A stretch of 64,000 nt of DNA from Octopus sinensis (GCF_006345805.1 NC_042999.1:3038001-3102000); one strand, 5' to 3'; shown: positions 39,562-53,784, counted from the stretch's first letter. Notes: a model not told the origin generated them from the sequence alone. Program-made: numbers and translations.

Positions 39562-39950
39562 TTGGCTTCCATGCCAGTGGTACATAAAAAGCACCATTCG
39601 AGCGTGATCATTACCAGCATCACCTTACTGGCACTTGTGCCGGTGGCACGTGAAAAAAACATTCAAGCGAGGTCGTTGCCAGTGCTGCTGGACTGGCTCC
39701 TGTGCAGGTAGCACATAAAAAGCACCATTTCAGTGTGGCCATTACCAGTACTGCCTGACTGGCCCTCGTGCTAGTGGCATTTAAAAGCACCCACTACACT
39801 CTTGGAGTGGTTGGCATTAGGAAGGGCATCCAGCTGTAGAAACTCTGCCAGATCAAGATTGGAGCTTGGTGCAGCCATCTGGTTTGCCACTCCTCAATCA
39901 AAGCATCCAACCCATGCTAGCATGGAAAGCAGATGTTAGATGATGATGAC
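39562..39950 (+). mobile_element. SINE family C
   Basis: Several internal units and the conserved tail. Confidence 0.8.
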
Positions 39951-40002
39951 AGCTTCTGGTATTTGAATTATAAAATCCATTATCATTATCACAGTTGCTT
40001 AT

Positions 40003-40418
40003 TTTCTCTTTACACACTGCTGAAGAGAGTGCAAGTCAGGTGGGCCAGGCATCTTGTTCAAATGCCTGATGTGTGGCTCCCCAAGAGACTGCTTTACAGG
40101 GAATTGGTAGAAGGTATGGGCACACAAGGTGGGCAGAAAGAATGGTTCGTGGATACATTCAAAGCTTCACTGAAGAGCTCTGAAATCAACCCATAGCATC
40201 TGGGAAACACAAGCGAACAACCACCCTGCCTGGTGAAGTTGCACCAATGGAGGTGCCACCCCTTACAAACAGAACGGGATTACAGAGGCTCAAAGAAAAC
40301 ACAAATTGTGCAAGTCTGGAGCCAACTCCTTGCTTCCAATCCCATCAGGATTCCAGTGCCCGATCTGTGACAGAGCTTTCACAGCATGCATCGGACTGAC
40401 TGGACATAGACAGAAACA
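40003..40418 (+). mobile_element. 3' fragment of an RTE-BovB-like LINE
   Basis: LKRVQVRWARHLVQMPD..LPKRLLY.EL..G....GGQK..F.DT.K.SLK followed by a C2H2-like CPICDRAFTACIGLTGHRQKH. Confidence 0.85.
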
Positions 40419-40424
40419 CTATAG

Positions 40425-40838
40425 GTGGCGAGCTAGCAGAAACATTAGCACACCGGGCGAAATGCTTAGCGGTATTTTGTCTGCCGCTACGTTCTGAGTT
40501 CAAATTCTGCCAAGGTCGACTTTGCCTTTCATCCTTTCAGGGTCGATAAATTAAGTACCAGTAATGCACTGGGGTCGATATAATTGACTTAATACCTATG
40601 TCTGTCTTTGTTTGTCCCCTCTGTTTAGCCCCTTGTGGGTAATAAAGAAATAGGTATTTTGTCTGCTGCTATATTCTGAGTTCTAATTCTGCCAAGGTCG
40701 ACTTTGGCTTTCAATCATTCAGGGTCAATTAGATAAGTACCAGTTCTGCACTGGGGTCGATATAATCGATTTGATCCGTTTGTCTGTCCTTGATTGTCCC
40801 CTCTGTGTGTAGCCCCTTGTGGGCAGTAAAGAAATAAG
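40425..40838 (+). mobile_element. SINE family A, one full copy plus a tandem partial copy
   Basis: Near-consensus sequence. Confidence 0.85.
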
Positions 40839-41499
40839 AAACACTATGCCCCCATCCACTTCTCCCATTTGATGTCTTTGGTCATCGTCAACAACAACAA
40901 GCGAACGAATAAAATATATTATCACTGATGCTTAGTTTCTCTTTATATAAAAGAGAAATAACTTCTAGACTGTTAACTTTTATCTGCATCACAGTTAGTG
41001 AATAGATAACACAGTAAGATGAAGATAGAGTAAACAGATTTGCTATGGAAGCTGATGACACACATGTAAAAATAGTTCTCAAAGACTCCAATAAGTCAGT
41101 TCTTGTAATCAACAATGGATAATTCTTCATAGATTATATTAAAATAAAATAATAATCAATGAGATCAGGTTTCCAATTTTTCTTTTTGCCATTTGCTTTG
41201 CTTTATTTCTTTTATTATTGTGTTCTTAATAAAGAAATCTACAGAAAAATCAAAAATATAGGAAAGAAAAATTACAAAGAAAATATTCAGTATTTACCAT
41301 ATTTCCTATATATATATATATATATATATATGTAATGTGTATGTATGTGTATATATGTATATATATACTTATGTATGTTGTATTGTAACATTAGAGGCAT
41401 ATGTTGTACGGTGATTAAACATTATCTGATATAGATCTCAATATGAAATGTAGAGTCAATAAATATATTTTATATCATAAAAGTGACAGTTTTGCCATG

Positions 41500-41612
41500 C
41501 CAACTCCTCTGATGTATGTATGTTTATGCATACACACACGCGTATATACACATGGATATACACACATGCATGTATGTATATGCATACCAAAAGACAAAAG
41601 TACATACATATA

Positions 41613-41674
<62 letters not shown>

Positions 41675-41767
41675 TGTGTATATGCACATGTGTGTGTGTA
41701 TGTATATATATATATATATATAATATATATATATATATGCACATGTGTATATGCACATGTGTGTGTG

Positions 41768-41811
<44 letters not shown>

Positions 41812-41888
41812 TGTGTATATGCACATGTGTGTGTGTATGTATATATATATATATTATATATATATATATGCACATGTGTATATGCACA

Positions 41889-41932
<44 letters not shown>

Positions 41933-42110
41933 TGTGTGTATATGTGTATGTACATATATCCATATATTTATGTATATATGTATTAATATATATACACACA
42001 GAAACTCGCACAGTATATATATACATGTATAATCTATGTGTTTATATACATATATCTATCTGTGCAGGGTGGATGCACATGCGCACGTGTGTATATATGT
42101 GCATGTGAGC
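41500..42110. repeat. Compound TA/TG minisatellite
   Basis: GCACATGTGTATATGCACATGTGTGTGTGTA repeated four times between (TA)n runs. Confidence 0.9.
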
Positions 42111-42659
42111 ACATAATGTTAGATTAGCTGCAACAAGAAATGTCAGTAGACAAACTGCTTGTTTTTTTCTTCTTTGTTCATTTTTTCTTTTTCTTTTTCA
42201 TATCAGACATAATATAGTTATAGTTATTTCTCAGCAATATTCCACAAACCAAAAGTAATACAAAATAAACAAAAAAAAACCCAAAAAAATAAATGAAATA
42301 AATGTCTAGATAACTAGATAAATAGATAAATAACATAATACAGTTTTATTAATGGGTAGTCTTATAGAAATGAAGTTGTGGTTAAGAGATAGAAGAAATC
42401 AGGAGAGCTACAGAGAATCACAGACAGAAATTCTATAATCTTGTACCATAATTTTCCCGGGTTTTCTCTATTTGTTGTTGATGTTGTGATTGACATTTTG
42501 TTTTGTTCTATTTCTTTCTTTTTTTTTGTCTTAACATTCTGCGAGTAAAAGAATTTTTACACCCATTCCAGTTTTATTCTTTATTTTTTTTTTATATATA
42601 TTTCTGTATGTTTTAATCAATATAACTGCACTAAGTGCACTTATAGAAAGAATCGGTTA

Positions 42660-43510
42660 TGTTTTTTCTTGTTGATGCCCTCAGTGGAATCAAACATCAC
42701 TAATGTCAACAAGAATTTTATCAAAGAGAGGGCCTCTTCTTTCAGGGCTTTTATACATCCGTCCAAATACACACAACTGGTATTCTGTCAGTTATGGAGG
42801 AATTTCAACCGTGTTTCGTGGTCTGCTATCACAACAGCTCCTTTATAGGATCCAGTGAGCTCAAGACATCATCAGGAGGAACCATGTCCTGTTTCGGCCC
42901 CTACTCCTCTACTGTTTTGATGTGGCGCTCCCTCACTTTCGGAGGTGTCTTCAGCTCTGGTGTTGAGTGCATGTCTTTCTCCTTCTTTCTTCTGTTCCCT
43001 GGCCTCTTCGATGTAGCGTCAACGAGTGTCAGCTGGCAACTGACTGTTTTGTCAAATTTCCCTTTAAATACCTGCTGCCAGGCTCCAGCAGGCAGCCCCA
43101 GCAAGTTGTCACATGACGCTGTCTCAACTTTAACTGACCAATGGAGGGTGCATAGTCTTAGCCCATGCATTCTCTAAACGAGACCGTCACCTGTCAATCA
43201 GCGAAGCTAATTAAATATCAGCCTGTCTCACCTAGTGATGTTGTTTTCTTGCCAGCATGTTATGACTTTCAAGCCATTTTTTGTCTTCCCACTTCAGCCA
43301 TATATAGAAGCTGGCTTTTGCGACCGCTTTCTGTATTCTCCTTATTAGCTTTCTCAGTTCTGAGCTAGAAAATGCAAATCTTTTTTTCAATAATGTTGTC
43401 ATTTTTCTTTCAATGAAGCCCCTAGCCCCCACTGCCTGGTGGTAATACTCGACAGTCCATCCCTGTTCTCTGCACTCTTCGATTAGTTTTTCGTGCCTCT
43501 TCTCGTTTCG
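42660..43510 (-). mobile_element. 3' fragment of a HERO-like RLE retrotransposon with 3' UTR
   Basis: HEKLIEECREQGWTVEYYHQAVGARGFIER...IQKAVAKASFYIWLKWEDKKW read by hand (extends ORF 43232-43432). Confidence 0.75.
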
Positions 43511-44095
43511 ATTCGATCACCGGAACAGCCTGCTCATGAAACTAATGTGCAAGTGGCTGAGCCCTTCATAGACACGTGCACCCTTAACATAGTTCTCAGA
43601 GAGATTTAATGTGACAAGGCTGGGCCTTAGAATTTGCTTTATCTTCCGTCTCCAAATGTCATGGTACCATCACAGTATTGTGACAGATGGTTTAGACACT
43701 TTGTACCAGTGTAGTAACAGTAAACAAGATAAGGATGCAGCCGTAATAACAACGTAACAATCTACCAATCTCTTCATGAACCACCAATTAATATTCCAAA
43801 TGAACTAAGCAACCGACACCTTCCGACTTTACTGTGAACTCACCACGAACTAACACACAAACCTCACTCCGACTGTTACTATTTATAATCACTCAGTCCA
43901 GTCTATTTCTTGTAAGGGGGTGTTGGGGATCTCATCTCAACAGAGTTACAGGTACATCTCATTTTTGCCAGCTGAACGGACTGGAGCAGTATGGAAACTA
44001 AGTGTCTTGCTCAAGGACACAACACACCACCTAAAACCAAACTCATGACCTTATGATTGTCAGTAAAACATCCTGACCACTGAGCCATGTGCCTT

Positions 44096-44097
<2 letters not shown>
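43510..44097 (-). mobile_element. SINE (H2 + T2) split by an insertion of about 310 bp
   Basis: T2 at 43510-43632, H2 and CORE-like block at 43946-44097. Confidence 0.65.
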
Positions 44098-44127
<30 letters not shown>

Positions 44128-44321
44128 GAGGCAGCTAATTGGCATGGTCATTAGTACATCAGATAGATTTCTTTACAGCAAAATAAAATACTTCTATCCT
44201 TCAGATTTGATAAAAATATTGATAATGGAATAGATTCTTTAACTCTTTAGTGTTCCTACCAGCCATATCTAGCCCTAATATTTTACCTGATTTATGTTTA
44301 AACTGACCTGATCTGGTTACA

Positions 44322-44675
44322 TCATCATCATCATTTAATGCCCACTTTCCATGCTGGCATGGGTTGGACGATTTGACTGAGGACTGGCGAACCAGATGGC
44401 TGCACCAGACTCCAATCTGATCTTACAGAGTTTCTACAGCTGGATGCCCTTCCTAACACCAACCACTCCGAGAGTGTAGTGGGTGCTTTTTACATGTCAC
44501 CGGCATGAGGGCCAGTCAGGCGGTACTGACAACGGCCACACTCAAATGGTGCTTTTTATGTGCCACCTGCACAGGAGCCAGTCTAGCGGCACTGGCAACA
44601 ACCTCGCTCGAATGTTTTTTCACGTGCCACCAGCACAAGTGCCAGTAAGGTGATGCTAGTTATGATCATGCTCAC
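44322..44675 (-). mobile_element. SINE family C
   Basis: Conserved tail plus units. Confidence 0.8.
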
Positions 44676-45324
44676 ATCATCAAAAATGTTGAAGCTATGC
44701 AATAATGGGTAATTATATTCAATACAATGTTTGGTAACATGCATTACATTTGACTGAATGTTAAAGGGTTAACTCTTTCCATCTTTCTGTTTAAACATGA
44801 GTTTCTGTTCCTGGAAGGTTCCCACCTTGGCACACACACCTGGGTATGGTTTAATTTGTAAAAGATCAGCAATTAACCATGCTTGCATACTCTTCTACTC
44901 TTTTACTTGTTTTAGTTATTTTAACTGTGGCCATGCTGGAGCACCACCTTTTAGTCAGAGAAAGTGACCCTTGGACTTATTTTTAGTAAGCCTGGGACTT
45001 TTGGCAAACTGCTAAGTTACAGGGATGTAAACATACCAACATCGGTTGTCAAGCAATGATGGAGGGTCAAACACAAACACACAAATATATACACAAGCAC
45101 ACACACACATATGCAACAGGCTTCATTTAGTTTCCATCTGTCAAGTCCACTCACAAGATTTTGGTCAGCCCGAGGCTATAGTAGAAGACACTTGCTCAAG
45201 TGTCTTCCCTTTCTAGGCCACTGATGATGGTGTCCAAGGAAAAGACAAGGTATCCCTCAGCTTGGTATCTGTATCACTACAAGCATCTTCATCAGAAGCA
45301 AAGGGAGGACAAGGTACTCCACAC

Positions 45325-45825
45325 CTGTGGTTCTCAACCATTTCTTATTTCTCTACTGCCCACAAGGGGCTACACACAGATGGGACAAACAAGGACAGAC
45401 AAAGGGATTAAGTCGATTACATCGACCCCAGTGCGTAACTGGTACTTAATTTATCGATCCTGAAAGGATGAAAGGCAAAGTCGACCTCGGCGGAATTTGA
45501 ACCCAGAACGTAATAGCTGATGAAATACCGCTAAGCATTTCGCCTGGCATGCTGACGTTTCTGCCAGCTCGCCACCTTTTGTTCTCAACCATTTCTTACC
45601 TATGGGCCCTTTTGATCCTTATTTTATTCAGATGGACCCTCTTAGCCATTCCATGTCTTAAAAATCCTATTGTATTTTTGTAATTAAATATTAGGAATTC
45701 CTTTAAAAATTTCCAAAATATTTTGTGAGTTGTAAAAGTATAACCAGTTTGTTGCACAAAAACTTTAACCACAAGATCTTATGTGGACCCCTGAAAGTCA
45801 TATGGACCCTGGTTGAGACCCACTG
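45325..45825. mobile_element. hAT/Charlie-like MITE interrupted by a SINE
   Basis: TIRs C(T)GTGGTTCTCAACC and GGTTGAGACCCACTG; flanks CTCCACAC and CTCCAAGG match at 5 of 8. Confidence 0.75.
45348..45580 (-). mobile_element. Full-length SINE family A with an 18-bp target-site duplication
   Basis: GTTCTCAACCATTTCTTA at 45330-45347 and 45581-45598. Confidence 0.9.
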
Positions 45826-47227
45826 CTCCAAGGCTTATCTCATCCAGTGCTCTACCAGTTCTAATTACCCACTGCCCAACATTGAAGCATTTTTCTTGAC
45901 AGAGAAAAGATAAAAACCAAAGTTGCTCTCAGTGGGATTTGAACTCAAGGCACAGCAAATCAAATCAAATGATATAAGGTATTCTAACCACTCAGCCAAC
46001 TTGCCACCATGAGAGTAATATTGGTTTCAAAGTTTGGCACAAGGCCAGCAATTTTGGGGTGGAGGATAAGTCGATTACATCGACCCCAGTATGCGACTGG
46101 TACTTAATTTATTGACCCTGAAAGGGTGAAAGGCAAAGTTGACCTCAGCAGAATTTGAACTCTGAAAGTAAAGACAGACAAAATACCTATTTCTTTACTA
46201 CCCACAAGGGGCTAAACACAGAGGACAAACAAGGACAGACAAACGGATTAAGTCAATTACATTGACACCAGTGCGTAACTGGTACTTAATTTATCGACCC
46301 CGAAAGAATGAAAGGCAAAGTTGACCTCGGCAGAATTTGAACTCAGAACGTAGCAGCAGACAAAATGCCGCTAATCATGAGATTAATATGACATATGTCA
46401 ATGGTGGTGACTTTTTGTTGTTACTCAACCTGCTAGAAATAACATCAAAATGTTCCTCACACATCTCTTATTGCCATGTCAATAAAAAAGCGAAGGACAT
46501 ATTGAGTAATATATTCCAAGATACATTATATTGGAAAGAAATTTCCACCCAAAGCAATATAAAAAAAAAATATTTGTTCAAGATTTGAAGTAGAGGGATT
46601 GAACCTTTGGTCTTCTAGTTATGAAATGAATTTCTTAACCACACAGAGACGTCTGTTTCAGCATAAGTAATTGATATTATCCCTCTTTTATTTATAATCC
46701 CTCTGGTGATGTCATTTGTCTCTTTAATCCGTCACAATTAATAAAATAGCTGTCATAAATGTAATTAAGTCAATAACATTATTAGGTACAATAATTACGT
46801 TGATAGTTAATCAAAAGAAATAATTACAGTGATATTTATTAATCCCCCACCTATGTTGTTAATGTCCCCATTGATTCATCATCGATTTAGCATCCACTTT
46901 TCCACATTTGCATGGATCAGACTGAATTTGTTGAGGCAAATTTTCTACCAGATTTCCTTCCTGTTACTGATCAAAGAAATATTTTCCTGCCACCTGACAT
47001 GTCTTCCATGAATGACATATATCTTGTATAGCAGTAATGATCGTTTAGAGTTACCACTGTATGTCAAGAGAAGGAGACCACACACACACACACACACATA
47101 CCAATTCCTGCAACTCAGAACAACATAGGAAACTGAACAAAGCCTTGGAAAACACACCTAGCAAACCCACAAATAATGTTAGTATATATATATATGTATA
47201 TATATATGTATATATATATATATATCA

Positions 47228-47905
47228 TCGTCATCATCATCATCATTTAATGTCTGCTTTCCATGCTAGCATGGGTTGGACGAATGACTGAGAGCTGGCA
47301 AACCAGATGGCTGCACCAGGCTCCAATCTTGATCTGGCAGTTTCTACAGCTGGATGCCCTTCCTAACACCAACCATTCTGAGAGTTTAGTGGGTGCTTTT
47401 ACGTGACACCAGCACAGAGCCAGTCAGGCAGTACTGGCAACGAATTCGCTCAAATCTTTTACAGATGCCACTGGCACAGGTGCCAGTGAAGCGATGCTGG
47501 TAATGATCATGCTCGAATGGTGTCTTTTACGTGCCACTGGCACGGAGGCCAGATAGCCGCTCTGGCAATGGTCACATTCGGATGGTGCTCTTAATACCCT
47601 ACTAGCACGGGGCTCGAGTGCCAGTAAGGTGACGATGGTAATGATCACACTCGAATGGTGTCTTTTACGTGCAACCAGCATGGAGGCCAGTTTGTTGCTC
47701 TGGCAATTATCATGTTCGGATGGTGCTCTTGGCACCCTACTAGCAAGGGGCTCGAGTGCCAGTAAGGTGACGATGGTAACGATCAGGCTTGAATGGTGCC
47801 TTTTAAGTGCCACTGGCATGGAAGATGGTTAGCCGCTCTGTCAATGATCACACTCGTATGGTGCTCGTTGCGCCCTGCTAGCACGGATGCCAGTCATCGA
47901 ATTTA
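47228..47905 (-). mobile_element. Long SINE family C copy with duplicated internal blocks
   Basis: GGGGCTCGAGTGCCAGTAAGGTGACGATGGTAA at about 47609 and 47747. Confidence 0.75.
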
Positions 47906-48937
47906 TATTCGTATATAATCAAAATAAGCAACAAGGATATCCAGAGGTAATGCAGTATGATCGTTTCATGCAACTCCATTTAATTGAACAGTGCAATCAT
48001 TACATCAACTTAAAATGCAGAGCAATCTTCAGCTGCACAAAGACATAGAATTTAATTAAATTAGGGCAGATGGACACATTAGTATAATTATACCTAAAGT
48101 CTCCCAGAAGGTAAGGAGATAGACAAAGAACATACATACATATACATCACCATTATCATCACCATCATTTAACATGTGTTTTCGATGGTGGCGTTGGTTG
48201 GATGGTTTGATTGGAGCTGGCAAATCAGAGCTGCACCAGGCTCCAATTGTTTGTTTTGGCATTTTTTTCTGCAGCTGAATATCCTTCCTAATGTATAAAA
48301 TGTACTGGATGTTTTTTTTTTTTTACATGGAACAAGTACCAAGGCTTTATACATGGCACCAACATGGGTGCCGGTGCTTTACCTGGGACAGGCACAGGTT
48401 CTTTTTAGGTGTTTGGAAGGGCACCCAGCCATAAAAACTATGCTGAAGCAAATATTGGAGCTCCTCGATGCAGTCCTTGGACACATTGGATCCTGTCAAA
48501 ATATCCAAACCATGCAAACATAGAGTATAGTCACCTTGTAAAGTGGTTGGCACTAAGAAAGACATCTAGCTGTCGAAACCATGCCAAAACAGACAATGGA
48601 GCCAGGTGCTGCTCCTAGCAATACCAGCTCCTGTGAAACCATCCAACTCAGGACAGTATAGAAAATGGACGATGACGATGATATAAGTAATAATAATAAT
48701 GAAATTATTGTATACAGTGCTCAGGTGCGCCACAACTTGTCAAAAGTGCGTATAAAGCATATGCAGTAATGTACAAATGTCTTAGAAGTGAACAGCGTAT
48801 GAATAAGATACATGCTTCCTATCAACTTACATGAATCTGTAGACCCCTTCTTTTCCTTCTTAATAATTACGTTACAATGAGCTCAGGCCTTGTTTGGGGC
48901 CTTTGTAAAAGGCCATGCATGTAAAGATGCAAAAGCT

Positions 48938-49300
48938 ATAATAATAATGAAATTATTGCGTGTGTATGGAGGGGAGAAAATCAGGTGCAGTGTTGGCGAA
49001 TCTCAGGAAGCATGGAAGTTATGAAGGATGCAGTGCTCCAACAGCTAACAACCAATGCCAGCAGTTTGTTCCATGCTTCAGTAACTCTTAGTGTGAAAAA
49101 ATGTTTACAAACATCATGGGAGCTGTGCTGTTTTCTGACTTTGTAAACATGTCCACAAGTGTTAGACAGATGGAGTTTGAAAAGGTGCTCAGAGTTATTG
49201 TTTATAAGATGGTTATTAATTTTATGGGTGTCTGCCAAGTCAGCTGCCAGACATCAGAGTTTCAATGTATCCATGCCCAGGGAAGTAAGGCGTTCAGAAT
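48938..49300 (-). mobile_element. 3' fragment of a CR1-like LINE with (ATT)n tail
   Basis: ADTHKIINH...TCGHVYKVRK...KHFFTLRVTEAWNKL. Confidence 0.8.
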
Positions 49301-50010
49301 ATGGCAAGGGCTTCTTTCAGTTTTTCTCTACCAAATCCACTCACAAGACTTTGGTTAACCCAATGTAGTGTGATGCACAAGCATTTTGGGCAAGTGCCAT
49401 GTAGAGGGACTGAACTTAAGACCACATTGCAAGAATACAACCTTCTTAACTACACAACCGTGCCTACAATTACATCAATAAAACAAAAGCTAAACTATTT
49501 ATGTTGAAGTAGAAAAGTTCAGAGAAAGTATAAAACAGATATTATGGCATCACATGATCTCACATAACCAGGTTATCACAATGTGAGATAATAGTGCAAC
49601 GTTACAAGTTTAATGTAAAATTAGCAAAAAAGAACCACAACAAAAACAATATTTATAGATTTTTCTGTCTCCAATTACTCGTATACATCTCAGGTAATAA
49701 TTTTTTTCACCTTTCAAATTTAATTTCTTCTTTATTGCATTTGAAACTAATGAACTAAATCTGATGTTAAAGGAAACCTTGGAAAATTAGCTGATTGCAG
49801 GAATGGAAAGGTAAAAAGAAAAAAAAAAATCTGAAGTAAATGTTTGGTAATATATTATCCTGTAACATTTTAAACACGGATTGTATTTCGTTTGTGTCTT
49901 ACAATGGAGAATATGTTTTGTTTTTTTTTTGCCAAATACTCGAAATATAAGCAATAACACTGAAATTCAAAAGAAATAATAATAATAATAATAACAACAA
50001 TAATAATAAT

Positions 50011-50369
50011 CCTTCCTACTGAAGGTAAAAGACCTCAGATTTGGTGGGAGGAGACAGTCAATTACATCAACCACAGTGTTTTGCTGGTACTTAATTTATT
50101 GACCCTGAAAGGATGAAAGGCAAAGCTGACCTCGCAATAATAATAATAATAATAATCCTTTCCACTAAAGGCACAAGGCCTGAAATTTTTGTGGGAGGGG
50201 ACAGTTGATTACATTGACCCCAGTGCATAACTGGTACTTATTTAATTGCCCCTGAAAGGATGAAAGGCAAAGTCAACCACAGTGGAATTTGAACTCAGAG
50301 TGTAGCGATGGACAAAATATTGCTAAGCATTTTGCCCAGCATGCTAACAACTCAGCCAGCTCACCACCT

Positions 50370-50416
<47 letters not shown>

Positions 50417-50625
50417 CCTTTTCCACTAAATATAAAGCCTGAAATTTTGGGGGAGTGGGGGGGGGCAGTCGATTAGATCGACCCCAGTGCTCACCTGGTA
50501 CTTAATTTATTGACTCCAAAAGGATGAAAGGCAAAGTTCACTTCAGTGGCATCTGAACTCAGAATGTAAAGATGGGCGAAATACCGCTAAGCTTTTCATC
50601 CAGCATGCTAACAATTCTGCTAGCT
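50011..50625 (-). mobile_element. Head-to-tail SINE family A array, left half
   Basis: Three units separated by (TAA)n. Confidence 0.8.
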
Positions 50626-53600
50626 TCATTTCATTTCATTTCATTTCATTTGGGTTTGAGTCCATGCTCAGGCCAAGTCGAAGACTCCACCCTCAGAGTC
50701 TGGTGTGGTTGCCAGGTTGTATTCTCTGCTTAAATTTGACATGTGTAGGAACGAGTTTGAGTCAGTTTGTGCTCGTTGTGTATATCCTGGGAGATGGGGT
50801 TCATCTCTAATGGTGCTTAAGTATCTATCCAGTTGCAATTTGAATGATTCCACACTGCATCCTGATAGATTTCTGACATGTACCGGAATGGAGTTGAACA
50901 GTTGTGCTCCTCGAACCAACAGACTTGATTCTCGCAGGGTTTTTGCTGCCTGGCCAGCCTTTTTGTTGATTGGTGGCAGCTGGCAGCGTCTTCCATGGCG
51001 CAGTGAGTGGTAGGTTTTGATACCAAAGTTTGGCACCTTCTGCTCTATCATTTTCCAAATGTATATAATTCGGTATCGCTCAAATCTTCTTTCTATTGAG
51101 TACATCCTCAAGGTTTTGAGTCTTTGCCAATAGTCCAGGTCCCTCGTTTCTGAGAAGTATGAAGTAAAATTTCTTTGGAGCGATTCTATCTTAGAGAGTT
51201 GGCCCTTTGTTGTTGGTGACCACAACTGAGAACAGTAGTCAATCCTCGGAAGTATCATACTGTTCCAGAGGGTTTTCATTGTTGAGGTATCTCTTGATTT
51301 GAAGGTGCGCAAGATCCACCCGCTGTACTTTCTTGCAGTAAGACAGACTGAGTCAAGGTGTTCTCTGAATTTTAGGTTGGTTCCCATGTGGATGCCTAAA
51401 TCTTTCACATACTGTTTTTCCATTATTTGTTGTCCTGATGGGTTTCTGTAGTTTGTTGTATTTTTCAGATCTTGATCTGTTCCGTAGCGAATTAGTTCAA
51501 ACTTCTTATCATTGAACAACATGTTGTTTGTTTCCTGCCATTTATATATGGTGGTCAGGTCCTTTTGTAAGGCCTCTGTATCCACCTCGTCTTTGATTTG
51601 TCTCATGACCCTGGTGTCATCAGCAAAGGATGAGACGTTGCTGGTTGTATCTTCATCTATGTCAGAGATGAGGATGAGAAACAGGATTGGGCCGAGTACT
51701 GTACCCTGAGGAACACTGCTGGTCACAGGTGATGGTGTTGAATGGGTTCCATTCACAGTGACTGTTTGAGTTCTATTTGTAAGGAACTCGTGTATCCATG
51801 TACCAACTTTTCCTCCTACTCCTAGCTTCGAAGTTTGTGACCCAGGATGCCATGATCTACCTTGTCAAATGCCTTGGCAAAGTCGAGGTAGATAACATCT
51901 GTGTTGTATCCATTCTCTAGATTTTCTAGGATTTGGTCATGGTGTGCCAGTAGTTGGGAAAGGCATGATCTACCTAACCTGAATCCATGCTGGTTGCAAT
52001 TCATCAGATTGTTGGATTCCAGGAACTCAACCAGTTTTCCACGAACTATTCTTTCGAAGACCTTGATAATGTGTGATGTCAGTGAGATTGGTCGGTAGTT
52101 CTTTGGTTTTGATTTGCTATCCCCTTTATGTATTGGAGTTATGTGTGCTTCTTTATATGTATTTGGTATTTTGCCATTCTCCATAGATTCCCTCCATATC
52201 ATGTAAAGGGGTTTCGACAATTGTGCCTTGCAGTTTTTAAGTATCATGGCATTGAAACCGTCAGGCCCCGCAGCCGAGTGCATGGAGAGCTTGTCTATTG
52301 CTCTTGCTATGTCTTCTGGGTTGAAATCAATGTCGGATAGGGTAGGTTTAGTATGGTCGATATCCTTGAAGAATTTTCCTGGGTCATGGATCTTCATGGT
52401 TTTAGATGGCTCACTGAAGACACTTTCATACTGTTGACCCAACATTTCTGCCATTTCAATAGGGTTATTCACTACATCCCCATTTTGTCTCTGGAGAGGT
52501 CCTATTGTTGACTTGGTGTTCGAGTATTTCTTTGCAAAACTGTAGAAACATTTTGGATTTTTCTTGATGTTTTCTATGGCTTTCTTTTCTGCATTGTTAC
52601 GTTCTTCATCATAGTGTTGTTTTAGATTGTCTTCTAATCTGTATATTGGTCAAGGACTTTCTGTAATTCATGTTTTGATGTCAGCTTAGATGTTTTGTTC
52701 TTAGTCTTGACCTTTTGCGCATCAGGATCTTTCGCTCCCGTGGTACAGGTTTTTTTGTGGACTTGGTTTTCTTTAGAGGAACATTTTTTTCACATATTTC
52801 TTCGATCTTGTTTAAGAATTTCTTGTGTTTATCTGGCCCAGTAAGGTAGAGATCCCAGTCAATGATTTGTAACTGGTTGTTAATAGTTTCCCAATTTGCC
52901 TGGTGATAATCATACCTGCATAGCTTTGGCATGTCCTTTTGTTTAAGAGTTGTGGCATTGGGCTCATTACCAATGTGTAAATGCATTTCAATAATATTGT
53001 GGTCTGAAAGGATTGTTGGGGTTGAGTGAAGGTCAAATAGCGTGTCCTCGTTGTTGGTGAAAACCAAGTCGATCGTATTATTATTTCTTGTTGCTTCTGT
53101 CATCATTTGTTTGAGGTATAATTTCTCTGTGACTTCCAACAGTTTGGCTGCCTGTATTTGTTCAGCTTTTGTCCCCAGTTTTAGTATGTGTCCATGTGGC
53201 CAGATGATGTTAGGGAAGTTGAAGTCACCAAGGAGGATAATGTCTGGCATTGGACTTGCCATGTTTCCCAGAATTTGTTGGAGCTTCGTCAGTGGCTCAG
53301 TGAAGGATAATGTTGGGCTGTTTGGCGGTCTGTACATTATTGTTACAACTGTATTAAGTTGGATGATTTTTATGCACAGCAGGTTGCAGTAGGCATTTGA
53401 TTCATTGACAAGTTCTATGCATGCATAGGTATCATGGATATACATGATAACGCCCCCATGGGATCTGCCTTGTCTATCACATCTGAAGATGTTGAATCTA
53501 TTGATTGTGATTTCGCTGTTGCGGATGTTTTCGTTGAAATGACTTTCAGTAATTCCAATTATTTTGGAGTTGTTTTCTGTTGCTAATTCTTCCGAGAAAG

Positions 53601-53784
53601 GGACTTTACACTGTTTTGTTTTCGGATAATGACCCTGGATATTTGCTGTTATTATGCTTGTTGTACCGGATACATCTGCCCTATTGTTGGCAAGACTGTT
53701 GTAGTTGCTGGGACTGTGCTGACTGGATATTCGGTCTGCTGGGCTGTCTGTATTTGTTGTACGTGCCCTGTAAGTCCAGGTGTC
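50626..53784 (-). mobile_element. CR1/L2-group LINE with APE + RT ORF2 and (AAATG)n tail, inserted into a SINE head
   Basis: APE motifs ANIQG, ITESH, DR..RSHGGV, YRPP, LGDFN and SDH; all RT motifs; tail at 50626-50650; candidate TSD AGCTT. Confidence 0.95.
50668..53781 (-). pseudogene. ORF2 (AP endonuclease + reverse transcriptase), about 1040 codons, broken only by three 1-bp deletions
   Basis: ORFs 52681-53445, 51822-52472 and 50668-51756 join by single-base frame restorations near 52695, 52645 and 51825; the frame is open upstream to 53781. Confidence 0.85.

Noticed and set aside
41443-42108. Long overlapping Y/I/C/H-rich ORFs (also 3473-3822, 4393-4881, 57936-58247)
   Set aside because: Translations of TA/TG/CA microsatellites; AT repeats lack stops in several frames.
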